Position numbers and translations under genes: made by a program | Part shown: positions 11,601-26,099 of the stretch, in pieces | Layout: each line of letters begins with the position of its first letter | How positions within the stretch are numbered: position 1 is the first letter of the stretch | Assembly (NCBI GenBank): GCA_951406725.2 | Contig: OX597814.1 | Location: forward strand, 146,816,001-146,880,000 | Reading direction: 5' to 3' | From: Octopus vulgaris | Taxonomy: Eukaryota | DNA length: 64,000 nucleotides | Notes under the pieces: generated by a model | Database searches by the model: none | Told to the model about the DNA's origin: nothing | The model's input: the letters and a program-made list of their open reading frames with translations, nothing else

Positions 11601-13579
11601 CAATTGTGGTTAAGGTCTGATATCACACTCCTCAAAAGCCTGGAACTAGCGAACCAAAGGACCCCACTACCAGATGCATTTTAAAGCAATACTATTACAA
11701 ATACTCGCTTATATATATACATACACACACACGCTGATCAATATGAATGAATTATCGCCTACTCCCAAAGATCAGATTCTTCTTGACAAACATGAATGTG
11801 AATTACTGTGGTTTGCAGTTCCGGTATAATTTAACTCCTGTATTCTCATTATTACCTGTGTTTTATACTTCACTAACTGGATTGCGAAAATCAACTACCA
11901 TCCTCCACTGCCACTGTGATCTATAAACTAGTACCTAACTAAAACCCTGTAACTTTATCTGGCCTTGTAATTCTACTGTGTGCGCTGCCATTGGGCAGGC
12001 TATAACATATATTATATGTAATACATTTGGTTTGGTTTCGACAGATATTACTGCATTATCGGTCATACAAGTGGCATTGTCCTTAATTTATTGGACACCA
12101 TCTCTCAAAATAAATATATATATATCATTTAAAGTGGTATTCACTGGTATTCTCTGGTATAATGTTAGGAATTTTAGCATTTACGTTATTGAATTAATTT
12201 AGTATGACGAGCAGTGACTTTCTCGTCGATCATTACATTAAGTTATATTTAACTGTCATGATTTTGGAGTTATAATATGTAACTACATTCTTAGGGCGAT
12301 ATATCTGTATGATATGTTGTGCATTAATGTAGAAGCTGTGAATATTTATTCTTCATGTATCGGGCCTTTTTGTTTTAGCTATTATTTCTATAATATTTTT
12401 ATAATATTTACAAACACTCTCCTTCATACCTATATAATTTCACAGAGAAACTGTTGTTAGAAGCGGCTTCAAAACGTGATACGACTAATTAATAGGCATA
12501 CATGTTTACTGCTGCGGTTATTTGTATACACTCATATATACATATGTGTACATCTATGTACGCTAGTATGGTTTGCCATATTGGCCGGATAACTGCATTA
12601 AGGATGATTTCTTATATAATGATATTATTGTTAAAACATCACATTCGTGTTTAATTTTATTGTTTTTGCAAATAATATTCATTTCAAATTTTTACACCGC
12701 AATTTCGGGGGATGTGGGTAAATCTATTAAATCGAAACCAGTACTCAAATGGTACTTACTGATTCAAACTGAGTAGTTTCCGCTTTGCATGAAGAGTTGC
12801 TATTTCCAGAGGCCTTAAGTTACTGAGGAACCCTTCACCGCGTCAATCTTTTACTGTTATTTTATATAATTTTCTTTGCTGCTTTCATTGAACATTTAGA
12901 AATATCAACCTATGCCAATATAATGAGTGAAGAAACAAAGAAAAGAATGGACCGTCTCCGAAGCGACAGAAGTACGCTAGTATTCGAGGTAAAAGCGCTT
13001 TGGGATGTTGGAAAAATATTGTGGATTCTAAATGGTTGTAAATTAGTATGACATGAGTCAGAGTCTGTGATGTTCGATTGAAGTTACAAAATTATATGAG
13101 ATTCGACCTACGATTTTACCATACTGTACAAGCAATGAGACCATATATGATCACAAAGAAGAAAAAAAATATGAAGAAAGTGTAATATCATGGTTTTTGC
13201 AATCTGTTTCAATAATAAAGAGGATAGCAAGGAAACTGGAAAATAGCAAAATATCAGAGCGCAACCAGAAAGATCAAGGTACAGCTGAACACGAAGAGGG
13301 AAAACGTTAATTGGTAATTTTGGCAGAGTATCCACAGGGCTAACAGGTTAAATAGAATGCAAACTATTGCATTTACAGTTACTATGTCCTTTCAAAGAAA
13401 ATGGCATCTAATACTTTGCAAGAAGTTTAAGAAACACTACTACTAGGGAGACTTGATATTACAAGACCACATGATAGCATCTGAAAATTTAATTAGCGTG
13501 CAATCCCTTTTTTATATCAATACGTGGAAGTATGTTGTCATATTAGTGCATGCGCAATTATTACGTGATATTTATTCTT

Positions 13580-13953
13580 TCATTTGTTTAAGTCGCCGAG
13601 TTGCATCCATGTTGGAACATCACCTTAAAAGGTTCTAGCTTATGAAATCGCTCCAGGTAATTATCTTAAACTTGATATGTATTTTACCAAATATTTTCTC
13701 CCGAACAGCTAATGTACGAAAACGTCAATAAAATAATGCCGATTTTAATATGGTGGGAGGACAAAACCTGACATACACTCATAAATATCTTCTTACACAC
13801 ACACATGCATACAAGATTTGTTGAGATTCCACACGGTTTTATTCAATCGAGTTCACTCACAAGACAATGGTTTATCCGGGTCAATGTCACTTGATTAAAA
13901 TGCAACACATTCGACTGATAGTTGGAAGTAAAAGTCTTAACCGTACAGCCATG
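13580..13953 (-). mobile_element. Old, highly diverged family-A SINE
   Basis: Traces of the tail (ttgtttaagtc..ccatgttggaacatc), ccgaacagctaa, internal CA tract, ttcactcacaag, and head cttaaccgtacagccat. Confidence 0.6.
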
Positions 13954-14198
13954 GCCGACAACTGACGTGCAAGACTTTTCTTTTGAAGCTTTTTAACATA
14001 TTTACTACAACAAATATATTCATTAGCAGAATTAATCATCGAAACATTTGTCTATTTTCGATGTGTGAATTTTAAATTGATTGATACGTGCCTCCAAGAA
14101 TTTTACCCATACATATATAACTGAAAAGTGGTCTTTGTCCAATTAGGAATTAAGTAAATGTTTCTTTTCAAATAATCCACTTGACAGACTTTCATTTG

Positions 14199-14278
<80 letters not shown>

Positions 14279-15969
14279 TCACTAAATCTTAGTAATTTTC
14301 TCTGAAGTTTCAGGATTGTTCGTCACTATAGTTTCAAGCACATGCGACTATATAGAACAACTGGTAAGCAGCAGTGTTTGGATTTATACTATATAAGTTA
14401 AATACACATTTAAATCACTTTTGATTAGTACTGATTATTTTCAAGTAAAAGAATTTCACGTTATAAATTGTGAATTGATCATTCGAAATATCTAGAAATT
14501 TAAATATAGGATAAATCGAGCCATTTACGGCCATTTTGTTAATTTGAGACTGAATACAAGCCTGTATTCAATCGATGTATTTCTCAAGCAAACATATTTC
14601 AATAATTATTGTAAACATTTAATTCTTTGATGCTTAAATACCTGTTTCGTTAAATCATTTCGAATTATTTTGACATTGGGGACAGCCAAAGAGCATTAGA
14701 AGGATACGAAACCTTGCAAACAACATTTTTTACAGTGGTAGATGTAACAATATCTCGATAGAACTAAGAGATGAAGCAATTCTTATTTGCTTCATCAGCA
14801 TTTGCATACATTTGAATATATTTGAAGATTGTTGCCTCGCAAATTTCTTGACCGCCAGGCAATATGATCTTTAAAAGTATGTTTGAGTACTATCATAAAC
14901 TGGCAATGCAAGAATATTAATTTTGTATATGGAATAAATATTTCATAGGATATATTTCTTTAGGAATAAATTTATAACTGAATATATGAATGTAATTGCA
15001 TGTATTTGAGATATTTCAAGATATTTCATCCCTTCATAAGAAAGTCATATAGGAATCTGCCTTTCAAAAATACATCTTGGCTTTATACCTTTGGCTGAGG
15101 GCGTTAGAATAATGCCATCAAATCTATTTCTACAATCTACATAATATGTATATACGCTCTTTTTTTATTGTATCTAGCATTTAATGTATTCAATATTTTG
15201 TCTTTACACCTTGTAGTATAATGTTTTCTAACATTTATGTACTGCATTTATTAAATCTGTTCCGAATTCGTATTGTGAGATGTTGCGTTGATAACGATAA
15301 CAACAGTACCGTTAACATATAACATCTCACTGTCAATATGTTCCACCACACATAAAACTATCTGTATAAGACCGTTCTCATCCCACAAAGAGACATCGAT
15401 AATGTCCGTGTGAATATCCTTTCTTAAAGAAAGTGTTTTATCAGGATATAATTCAATAAAAATAACACCATCTTGTTATTTTTTATTGTTAATGCATTGA
15501 ATAATCGTGATTGCTCGTAACCCAAGTGTGCAGGACATTTATGCATAAAAGCTATGCGATATTGTACTCTAGTAGGGATTGGTGATAAATTGAATAAGAT
15601 TACGTTAACACGTTAACAAATTTTTTCATTAATGCTATGAAGATTATTCATCAAACATTATGACAAAGCGTCCAAGAAAATCTCAATCATTTAGAAGGAT
15701 AGCTATACAAAACAGAATATATAAGCCTGAAGCCACGAATATCAATAGCATTAATATCCTTAAAAGTAAGATCTCGTTTGATTATTAATAAAATAAATTC
15801 TTTCGATGTATATCCTCTTATGTAATAATGTTTAATCCTACACAAAGAAAATGATTATTATTGAATGATTCCACATCAGTATATGTAGTGTCTTTTTCCA
15901 ATAGCTATTATTCACTTTCACCTATATTGTCGCCTTCAAGTAAAATTTCTATATCGCTTGCACAGCATA

Positions 15970-15987
15970 TCTGTATCAATCTACCTG

Positions 15988-16056
<69 letters not shown>

Positions 16057-16063
16057 TTATTTT

Positions 16064-16121
<58 letters not shown>

Positions 16122-16122
16122 A

Positions 16123-16173
<51 letters not shown>

Positions 16174-16298
16174 AATCTATCTATCTATCTATCTCTCTGT
16201 TTATCTGTCTGCCTGCCTTTCTGCATGTCTTTTTTAACCAACCTATGTATGTACACACACATATACACACACTCACACACACTTATTATATATAAACA

Positions 16299-16350
<52 letters not shown>

Positions 16351-16510
16351 TGTTTTCTACATGTGCGTATATATAGCGTGTGTGCTTGTGTGTGAGTGAG
16401 CGAGTGAGTGAGTGAATGAATGAGTGAGTGAGTGAGAGAGTGAGTGAGTGAGTGAGTGAGTGAGTGAGTGAGCGAGTGAGTGAGTAAGTGAGTGTGTGTG
16501 TGTGAGAGAG
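15970..16510. repeat. (TATC)n, (TA)n and (GAGT)n microsatellites
   Basis: Read directly from the sequence. Confidence 0.95.
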
Positions 16511-17634
16511 TGTGCCTGTTTGTGTGCGCCTGTGCATTGCTATCGAGAGTATGAAAAGGAGGATCAAGTGCAACTTCTTAAATGAACGTAGATTCCATTC
16601 ACTGAACTGTAGATTTTACCGCTGATATCAAAAGTGCTTTAAAATCTTCCTCCCCTATTTTCCCTTTCATCTCAACTCTATTCAGAAGAGTATTGTTTAT
16701 ATTTTGTTTCTTTCTAATATAAGCAGAGCAGAGAACAACAAGTGATGGTGTCTATATGTACACCCATTCCAAGTAGGGTTCTGGTTGTATGACAAGTGGC
16801 ACAGATTCTATTACATTTCTGTAGCTTTCGTTATTATATAAAATATTATCATAGTAATTCATATTGATAAATATGTTGAATTAGAAACGCATTCATACAT
16901 AACCAGTGTGCTATTTCACCTGCATACAGTATATATAATATGAAATAACAAATACAGTTCCAATTATAAAATATAGCATATGCTTGTACTGTACAGTAAA
17001 TGTGTTATACTATGTACGGTGCCTGTTTGGTAATAGGAGGAAATTCTAATTACTAGATGAGGTAACCCTTAGTGTAGTTGTTGTACGTCGTTAAGTGTGA
17101 ATTAAGAATTTGTGACAAGTAAATTTTGATTTCGGTTTCCAAGTTAATCGATGTATTCTACTCTAAGTGAAGGTACTTATTTTGAAAGTAGACGGGATTG
17201 TAATTAGCAGTGCGTTTCAATAAAAGTCTAATGGCTCTAAATAGAACTACGATTTAATAACTAAGGCAATGTGAAATTAACTGCCTTAGTGATTTAATAG
17301 CAAACTAAAGAGCCTTTTTAATTAAGTAGCAATTTAAATGTAGAACTAGGTAAAGGTTTCCACTTTACGTAAAATGTTAATTTTGTCATAAGGATAAAGT
17401 TACGAGATGCAATATATGTCATTATAGACGTATTAGTTACTGGAGTCAGTCTTCTTGTATGAAATACATAGGCACTTATTTTAAAAGGCAAGAAAGTTAC
17501 AGATACGCTCGATGGAGATTGTTGTTGAAACATAAGGGAATGTGTAGAAATACAGTAACAAAGATAAGTATAAGGTTGAAAATTGTTAGAACAGAGTAGT
17601 GTTTGTTGATTATTTTTTATTTCATTGTATTTAA

Positions 17635-17816
17635 TTTTATTTCATCTAGTTTCAGCTCACGAGCTGTGGCCATGCTGGGGCACTGCAATTTGGTGCATGA
17701 GAGAGTTTGATGCAGCTGCCCTCATCTGCACCTCCTGCCGCGAAGTTGGTTCATCTGGGACTCCTGATAGGGAGACGTCCAGCTTTTTTGAAGACACCTA
17801 CATCCACCCCATGCAG

Positions 17817-17817
<1 letters not shown>
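17635..17817 (-). mobile_element. Short, internally deleted 3' fragment of the CR1-type LINE family
   Basis: Aligns to 8250-8470 (ctagtttcagctca..gccatgctg; gagtttgat..ctcat.tgcacctc..ggttcatctgggactc). Confidence 0.8.
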
Positions 17818-17853
<36 letters not shown>

Positions 17854-19557
17854 GCACACTCACAGAGACAAACACACACGCGTGCGTGCACGCACCCGTA
17901 CTTATTCAGATAGGGGTCAATCTATGTTCACATACATGGAATCCAAATGAGGAATGCGTTAATGTTCAACAATTTGTATTCAACATTAAGGACTCTAATA
18001 TTTAAATATACCTACCTTCTGATTAACTGTTTATTGTGCGTTTTCTTGTTTTTAATTCAAAGACATACCGTCGAAAGTACTTATCTCCCGTTAAACAATC
18101 CAAAATATCAGGGCAAGTGAAGCAGGTATGTTACATCTTTCGAGCAGTCAGTAAAATGGATGCTGTTGGTTAAGAGACATCCGTTTCCTACATTTTTCGC
18201 GCCCATAATTTCCCCCATTTTCCATGCTCATAATTTCCTATCAGGGCGTAAAACTGTCAGATATTTAATTTTAATTGATTTCTTCCTATTAACATAATTT
18301 CTAAGTTTTAGCCAGCTAAGCCATCAACTAAGTGTCCAATGATATGTAAGATGGTTGAAACTTCAAAGTCACTATGTATACTACGTTTTGTTAATTAAAA
18401 ATAAATTTGTTCTGTACTGCAGAATGGAATAGTATATCTTTTAATTTAGCCGTCTCAAAGTCGATAATGTTTTTGTTGCGTTTCCGTATTTCGCGTACTA
18501 TTTTACATCTTTCCAATGTTCGGATAATGAAACTCACAGAGGGAATATGAATCGGAAAATAGTTAAGGCGCTCTAAGGTTTCATATCTTTGTAATTTTTC
18601 ATTAGTTGCTTAAAAGTGAGGTCGTACCTCTGTTGATAAAACGGCTATTTAGATTTAAGAATTTAAGTTTCCCTTTACTGTTTGTGCAGCAAAAACGAAA
18701 CATTAATATAAGCGGGGCAATATTTATATTTTACGACTCTTCATTAAATTTCTAATTTCGTTCTCTACTTGGTTTAAAATAATGGTAAAATGCGTGATGG
18801 TGGTTGTTTGTTAGTTTTAACCCGTGTAGGTCTGTTCAGTTGATGATATCTGCTAGGACATTGTCATCCCCACCACTGTTATTTGAGTTCTTCCAATGTT
18901 GTACGGCATCCAGTCTTTTTAACATTTACATAATTATATCTGCTCTCGTTTGCTCTATATGTATATCATCGGTTCGATAGAATGAAGGCAATTTCTTAGA
19001 ATGAATATAGGCAAAAACCGATGATGTCAACCAACATATACCTTTTCTAAATTCATTTCATATTATTTGTCATACTATAAAACACCAAATGTAATTTGCT
19101 TATGTTAATAGCTTAATATTCAAACAAAATTTATCGGTCAGAACGCAATACTGAAAACAATACCAAATTGCGAAAGAGTTTTAATACAGCGTAAAATGTT
19201 TACTTTGCCCATGGCATAGAAATCTATTCCACTGTTGAAATATTTCTTTTAGATTTGCCGAGGCAGACGATTAATAGTGTCTTGAAAACTTACTATTTTA
19301 CTGAGTTGTGTAAATATTTTATTAGCCTATATTGTATTCTGTTTACAAAAGAAGAAATAATGAAAAAATAATCAAAGTATACGTTAATGAGAATCGGCAA
19401 CAAAATTGATTACAACGATAACAATAATTGCACTGAGGAAAAGGATAATAGTATTAATAATAAAATTAATAGATATGTATTTCTTTATTTCAACGACTTT
19501 TAAGACCAACATAAATTACATATGATTACTTAATGAAGCTATATATCAGAACATGAC

Positions 19558-19782
19558 AAGCTAATAATCAAGAATGTTGTAAAACAATAATCTTCACCAA
19601 AATGGAAATGTCTATCTTGAATATATTCCCAAGGAGGTCCATAAAGATATAAAACACAAACAGAGACAGAGAGGCACACGCATAAGCGTACACATATAAG
19701 GAAACACTACGCGCGACAGACAACCAAAACTATGATAAAAGTAAACACATTTTAAGACATTACACCAAACACGATATAAAAC

Positions 19783-19828
<46 letters not shown>

Positions 19829-19845
19829 CAAACACGATATAAAAC

Positions 19846-19910
<65 letters not shown>

Positions 19911-20138
19911 GTTGTTTTATATCGTGTTTGGTGTAATGTCTTAAAATGTGTTTACTTTTATCATAGTTTTGGTTGTCTGTCGCGCGTAGTGTTTCCTTAT
20001 ATGTGTACGCTTACGTGTGTGTCTCTCTGTCTCTGTTTGTGTTTTATATTTTTAGGGACCTCCTTCGGAATATATACAAGATAGACATTTCCATTTTGGT
20101 GAAGCTTATTGTTTTACAACATTCTTGATTATTAGCTT
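19558..20138. repeat. Inverted duplication with about 230-bp arms around a (TA)n core
   Basis: 19558-~19790 is the reverse complement of ~19907-20138. The inner half is identical; a few mismatches lie in the outer half. Confidence 0.95.
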
Positions 20139-20486
20139 CTTCCCAACCACATGGCTTCGGGTTCAGTGTCACTGCGTGGCACCTCACGCTCGTGATTTTG
20201 TAGTATAACCTCGGGCCGACCACGGCCTTGTGAGTGAATTTCGCAGATGGGCAGCGAAAGAAACCAGTCTTATATATATATATATATATAAGACTGGTTT
20301 ATATATTTCATCCCAAGGCCGTGGACTGGTTTCTTTCGCTGCCCATCTGCGAAATTCACTCACAAGGCCGTGGTCGGCCCGAGGTTATACTACAAAATCA
20401 CGAGCGTGAGGTGCCACGCAGTGACACTGAACCCGAAGCCATGTGGTTGGGAAGAAGCTTCTTACCACACAGGCACGCCTGTGCAT
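20134..20486. mobile_element. Diverged family-A SINE 5' half (- strand, 20324-20486) with a perfect 136-bp inverted copy (20134-20269)
   Basis: By manual comparison, 20134-20269 is the exact reverse complement of 20324-20459. Confidence 0.92.
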
Positions 20487-21011
20487 ACATACGCATATAC
20501 ATGCATATATACAAACACACACGTATATATAGTAATATACATATATACATATACATGCATATATGCGTACACACACACATATATAGCAAGTGGTATCAAT
20601 TACCCTGCAGTATCTAATTTCCCTTTATATTGTGCCGCTAATGTTGTGGAATTGTTGACCACATTATTAACGGTAATAATACGTCTTTATTTGAAATTTA
20701 TTCTTACAATAGTTAGTTCTCTTTTAAAAGGAGCTGGACGTTTAAAGTAAGGAAATCACACGAGCTAAAGTTGTGAACATTTTAGAAATACGTGTTAAAA
20801 TTTTATTTTCAAATGAAGATCCCAGAGTAAGTTAGTCATAGAGGGGGTGTCGTCAACTGGTGTTGAAATACACATTACCTACTGATGTATTTAACGCAAA
20901 GGTGAGACTATTTCTCATATGGTCATTGCATTGCACCTGTGCATCATTATTGTGAGTTTATGGTGGATTTTGAACCTTGGCTCTGATTTTAGGAAGTGGT
21001 ATTATATACAT

Positions 21012-21122
<111 letters not shown>

Positions 21123-21589
21123 GGAATAAAATCCAAAACTCACAAGGAAAATATTCAATTTAGTAATACTAAATCAAATTTCACACAACATAATATATAT
21201 ATAAAAGAATTAGAAAACAAAACACACCTTTTATCTATTATAAATGAACAATTAAGTTACACCATCTAGAAAATTACTTATAAAAGAAATATTAAAATAA
21301 CAATAAAATGTCAATGATTAAGTAAATTGCAAAACAATAATAAAAACGTATATAATTTGTATATATATATATAAATCAAACCAAGGAAAAAACCATTTCC
21401 TTCAAAGTGATGGAAAACACCCGATTTATTCCTGGAACTTCAGCTTAATACTACGAATTAAGTGGTATAATTACAATATACAAATATTAAAGGAAATAGA
21501 GAAATACAATTGACATACTAAACATTTATTAATATTATAATATAATATAATCATACTATAATAACATGAAATATAACAAATAATTAAAA

Positions 21590-22600
21590 CAAGTATATGC
21601 CCAACAATTTTTTTTGACTCATACCGACTAATGAACTTATAAAAATTCACATTTATGCATACGAATCTCCTAAGGGTAATATTTGTTCAAAAACCAGACA
21701 AAAAGTTCATGCAAGGACAACTAAATCATAAAACAGACTGATTTGAGATATACCTATGTTTACAAGCGTGAGCATTAATAATTCAAAAACATAATATAAT
21801 AACAACAAAAACAAAATTCAAATAGATAAAATAAAATGTTGACAAAACAGTTACAATGTCATAAAATATTCGTATGCATCTTTTATAACATCAAGCTAAA
21901 GATATTTTAATCTAAAATAATCGCTGCCTATTTTATAATATAATAAGGTTTATATCATATGTTAAAAATTTATTGTTGAGTAGGAAATATATTTTATCTA
22001 AAACTTTCTAAATAGCATGATGAAAAAAAGTGTATATTTTATTCAAACTCTAAATTCATGAAAAAACTTTTAATCAACGATTCATTCATTCAAAAGTTTC
22101 TACTAAATACACTGATGTTAAACAAATGTATATAGCTACGATTATTACAAACTATATTATTTCTTACATAGAAATGAAAATAATCTATAAATAAAGTATC
22201 AGATTTTTACTTAGTTTTACAGCAGGAAATAAATTAGAGTAAGCCAATAGTTTTATTATTCTATAAGTTCGAAAGAACATAATATGATATATATTACATA
22301 TTATAGGGTCTAAACGAAATATTCATATATGCATAATTAAGAACATAATATGATATATATTAAATATTATAGGGTCTAAACGAAATATTCATATATGCAT
22401 AATAATTCAAAAAGATATATAATCATATATAATAATCATTCTAATCTACTTATGCGTACAAAACATTATTCTTAGTAAATAACAAGTAAAAACACAAATT
22501 TACTTAGTTTACCAGAGGAAAATACCACCGTAAATCAACGTTTAAATATTTATACCTTCATTGCTGACGGAAAAATAATCGGAGATACGTATTTATAATA
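21590..22600 (+). mobile_element. Heavily decayed Penelope-like endonuclease / 3' end remnant
   Basis: Traces ICP, FTFMHTNL, ICS, KTRQKVHARTT.HK resemble a GIY-YIG region. A degenerate CTGACGG...GGAGATACGTAT hammerhead-like relic lies near 22564. Confidence 0.35.
22273..22403. repeat. 66-bp tandem duplication
   Basis: AAGAACATAATATG...CATATATGCATAAT occurs twice, with one internal mismatch. Confidence 0.9.
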
Positions 22601-22704
22601 AAAATGCTTTTAATCACGATAGAGCCTGTAATAAAATTATTTACATAGTATTACTATTAAATTCAATTTATAGATTTTTAAATCATTTTATATATAGATA
22701 CACT

Positions 22705-23121
22705 TTACTCTTTTTACTCTTTTACTTGTTTCAGTCATGTGACTGCGGCCATGCTGGAGCACCGCCTTTAATCGAGCAACTCGACCCCGGGACTTATTCT
22801 TTTGTAAGCCCAGTACTTATTCTATCGGTCTCTTTTGCCGAACCGCTACGTAACGGGGACATAAACACACAAGCATCGGTTGTCAAGCAATGCTAGGGGG
22901 ACAAACACAGACACACAAAAATACACTCACACATATACATATATATATACATATATACGACGGGCTTCTTTCAGTTTCCGTCTGCCAAATCCACTCACAA
23001 GGCTTTGGTCGGCCCGGGACTATAGTAGAAGACACTTGCCCAAGGTGCCACGCAGTGGGACTGAACCCAGAACCATGTGGTTGGTAAATAAGCTACTTAC
23101 CACACAGCCACTCCTGCGCCT
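22705..23121 (-). mobile_element. tRNA-derived SINE, family A, young full-length copy
   Basis: rc head AGGCGCAGGAGTGGCTGTGTGGTAAG...GGTTCAGTCCCACTGCGTGGCACCTTGGGCAAGTG; (GTAAAAGA)n-type tail. Confidence 0.93.
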
Positions 23122-24063
23122 TTAACATAATTAAAACTTATATCTTAAATTTAACTACGAATAGAGTGATATAGTTTACACTTAAGACAAATATATTATG
23201 GTACTTAAAGCTAAATTCATAAATCAATCCACTGAAATATGATAGATATCCCCATTAATATACTAATCTGAACCTACAAACATTTCGGTTTTAATTAAAG
23301 AAAAAAACCTTCCAAATCATTCAGTATAATAACAAAATTCTGCCTCAAATATCATTACGTTAAATAACGTCGTCGCATAACGTTTGGGAAAATATTACAA
23401 GGAAAGATATTTTTAAAATTTTTGAATTAAAACAATTGTATAACTCATACATTCATTAAGTGTATTTGTACGTTCCTCTCCATTATGTTACACCTTGATA
23501 ATTATGATACTTTACACCCTGATAAAATACTTGACTCTTTATATAGTCTACTTGACCACCCAGAATATAACGACCATTTAAAATTTAAACCAATTTAAAT
23601 GCTAAACTTTATATAAAATAATTATATCTACATTTGTTTACGTACTTAACCGTATTATACCAATAATCACATATTTCACAACGCTATCTTAACTAATACA
23701 TACCAATACTTTTCATTCCCTTCTTTTTCAGTACTAAGTAATAATGCTCATGCTCTGTCGTCCTTTATTTCATCCTTTTTCTTTACTTTCAATCTTTTTG
23801 TTTTCAAATCATTTCTCGTCTTGTTGATATTATTCCCTTTATTTCGTAGACAAAATATCTACAAAATTTTCTCTATTTTTTTCTTTCCCTACTATTTTTC
23901 ATTCTAGGTTATTAGCAATAAATATATAATCTTCCATATAGAATTTTCTCAAATATAATCATCCACTGTTTGCTTTTTAATATGCTACATTTGCCGCTCC
24001 CTTCTCTATTAAACACTTTTGTTAACTTTATTACTTATTACCTTCCATATATCAATATTTGAA

Positions 24064-25450
24064 TGCCGTATTTTCCGGCACATTGGACTCACCCTCACGT
24101 AAGGCACACACCTACTTTACAAGGATATTTGGCGGAAAAACAAACAAACAATTTTAGCATGTTTCGCCATACATTTATTGAAAGATATTTTAAAGTGATA
24201 TGGGAGGGAAAGTTGTATGATTATGTACATGAACTACAATATTGTTATAGTATACAGGAATAAAGTATGAAATCATACGTAACTTTATACTCGTCTTTAA
24301 AGAATGCAGTTGTATCTAGGTCATCATTATCTTCTTCAAACAATAAGGGCATCACTAATGCCACATCTTTTATATGATCTCACATCTACCTCTTCTTTTA
24401 CAGCATTTCATGAACATTTTTACCCACTCACACACCTGTATAATAGTAGGCCTCTTCACTTGTTCGTGTTGGTTTCACTTTAAAACCTAAAGAGTGTAAC
24501 CACTTACTCTACTCCTCCCAATGAATTTTTAAATAGTTTATTGACTGAAACATGTAAAGGCTGTAACTGGCTGTTAAGCCTCCTGGAATTTCAGCTAAGT
24601 GGGTCCTTAGTTCTCCAGGTTTCGCAAAGCAGGCTCAGTTCTATGAACTCGAAACTGGTCCCAAACCAATAAGGGACGTATCTTTAATAGTCAACCATGA
24701 CGCCTGGACCGCACTTTATCCTGCAACAATGTCATTCTTCCCTCATTCATCTAATCTTTTGAGTGGACATGAACATAATTGCAGTTGGGTATCTTTTCTT
24801 TTAAAAATTAATAAAATGTGACAGTTTTGTGCCATCACCACAATATGCTAGCACAACTGTGTTGTGTGTCTTTTCAAGGCAGCATGTTTTAACAATCACA
24901 GTTTTAGCATCCTTGGATTCTACCATCTTGTTTGATGGCACATCAAATGTCAAAATATCTTCGTCCATAGTTGCTGTCTGTGAATGTTCAAAATTAACTA
25001 CTTTTCTTACATTAGTGATATACGTGTGAAAGTTAAGTATTTGATCTTCGTATTCTGAGGACGTTTTTTGTGCTATTCCTTTCCAAGCCTTTAAACAGGT
25101 TATTTCTCCCCCTAAATCTGGAAGACCAGGATGTTAACCCTTTAAAATCATTGATTTCTCTGTCCGTTGTTATAAGTCTTGAATGGTACATACCATTTTA
25201 ATTGTTACTGAAAATCTCGATCTTCTTTGATCGAAAACATGTTTTAATTTTTCTTCTGGTTCAAACCACTTTACAACTCCATTACAGATGGAATGTCTGC
25301 TACGTTTAGCAGCTTTGAGCTGCTCTTCTTATTTCCTCCAAGTCCTTATCATTTTACCAGTTGGTGATGGAACAAAGTACCTAGCAGCTGCCCTTTGTTT
25401 TAGCAATGAGTTTGGATCATGTATAAAATTAACTGTACACTTACCGGTAC
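24064..25450 (-). mobile_element. Decayed pogo/Tigger-type DNA transposon (DDE_1 transposase pseudogene)
   Basis: - strand traces: MDEDILTFDVP..TVVLAYCGDG, LLVWDQFRVH, GGLT.QLQPLHVSVNKLFK, KCGISDAL. Terminus CCGTATTTTCCGG at 24065. The other TIR was not found. Confidence 0.8.
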
Positions 25451-26099
25451 ATTATCGGTATCCCAACTCCTCTTGACCTCTTTCAGTACTGCTGCATATA
25501 TTTTTTAGTATTCTGGGCAACAGAATTACTACATAGGATGTGAAACTCGTATTTCTGGAAGTGATGATTTTTGTAACTGCGACGGGCCACAATATGGAAA
25601 AAGAGGGAAAAAAGTCGGATAGAGCCAAACACAAATTAATTGAACGACCCAGAATGTAACACAATAAGAAGGAGGCACTGTTGTAAAGGCGAATCCTCCG
25701 ATACACCATCTGATCTGATCATTGCAAATGGTTGCCAGGAGATGTAGATGCCTGTTTCCATAGTAAAACGTGCGTAGCTGTTCTGGAGCTGCTTACACAC
25801 CTGGTAATCGTTTTGCTTATTGAATGTTTAAAACACAGGTGTTCGTGAGATGTGCTAAAAATGGTAGCTAAATAAGTCATAAACATGCACCAATTTTTGT
25901 TTTGTGTTTTTCATAATCAAATGATTTCCTGTGTGTAGAATACATATTCACAAAAATATTCTGAAAATTCCAATAAATAAAGAAATTATGGGCGCACAAA
26001 GCAGAATTCCGCCAATATTTAATTTGTCTACTGTTGACAACACGCGGAGTCACGTACAAAATTACAGCTTCCAAATCCTGTTTTATGACTGGGTTAAAA

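Noticed and set aside
12780-13440. Purine-rich stretch that may be an old LINE remnant
   Set aside because: I could not recover a convincing protein motif by eye.
23040-23121. SINE heads as functional tRNA genes
   Set aside because: They continue into SINE body and tail without a Pol III terminator and occur as multiple diverged copies.
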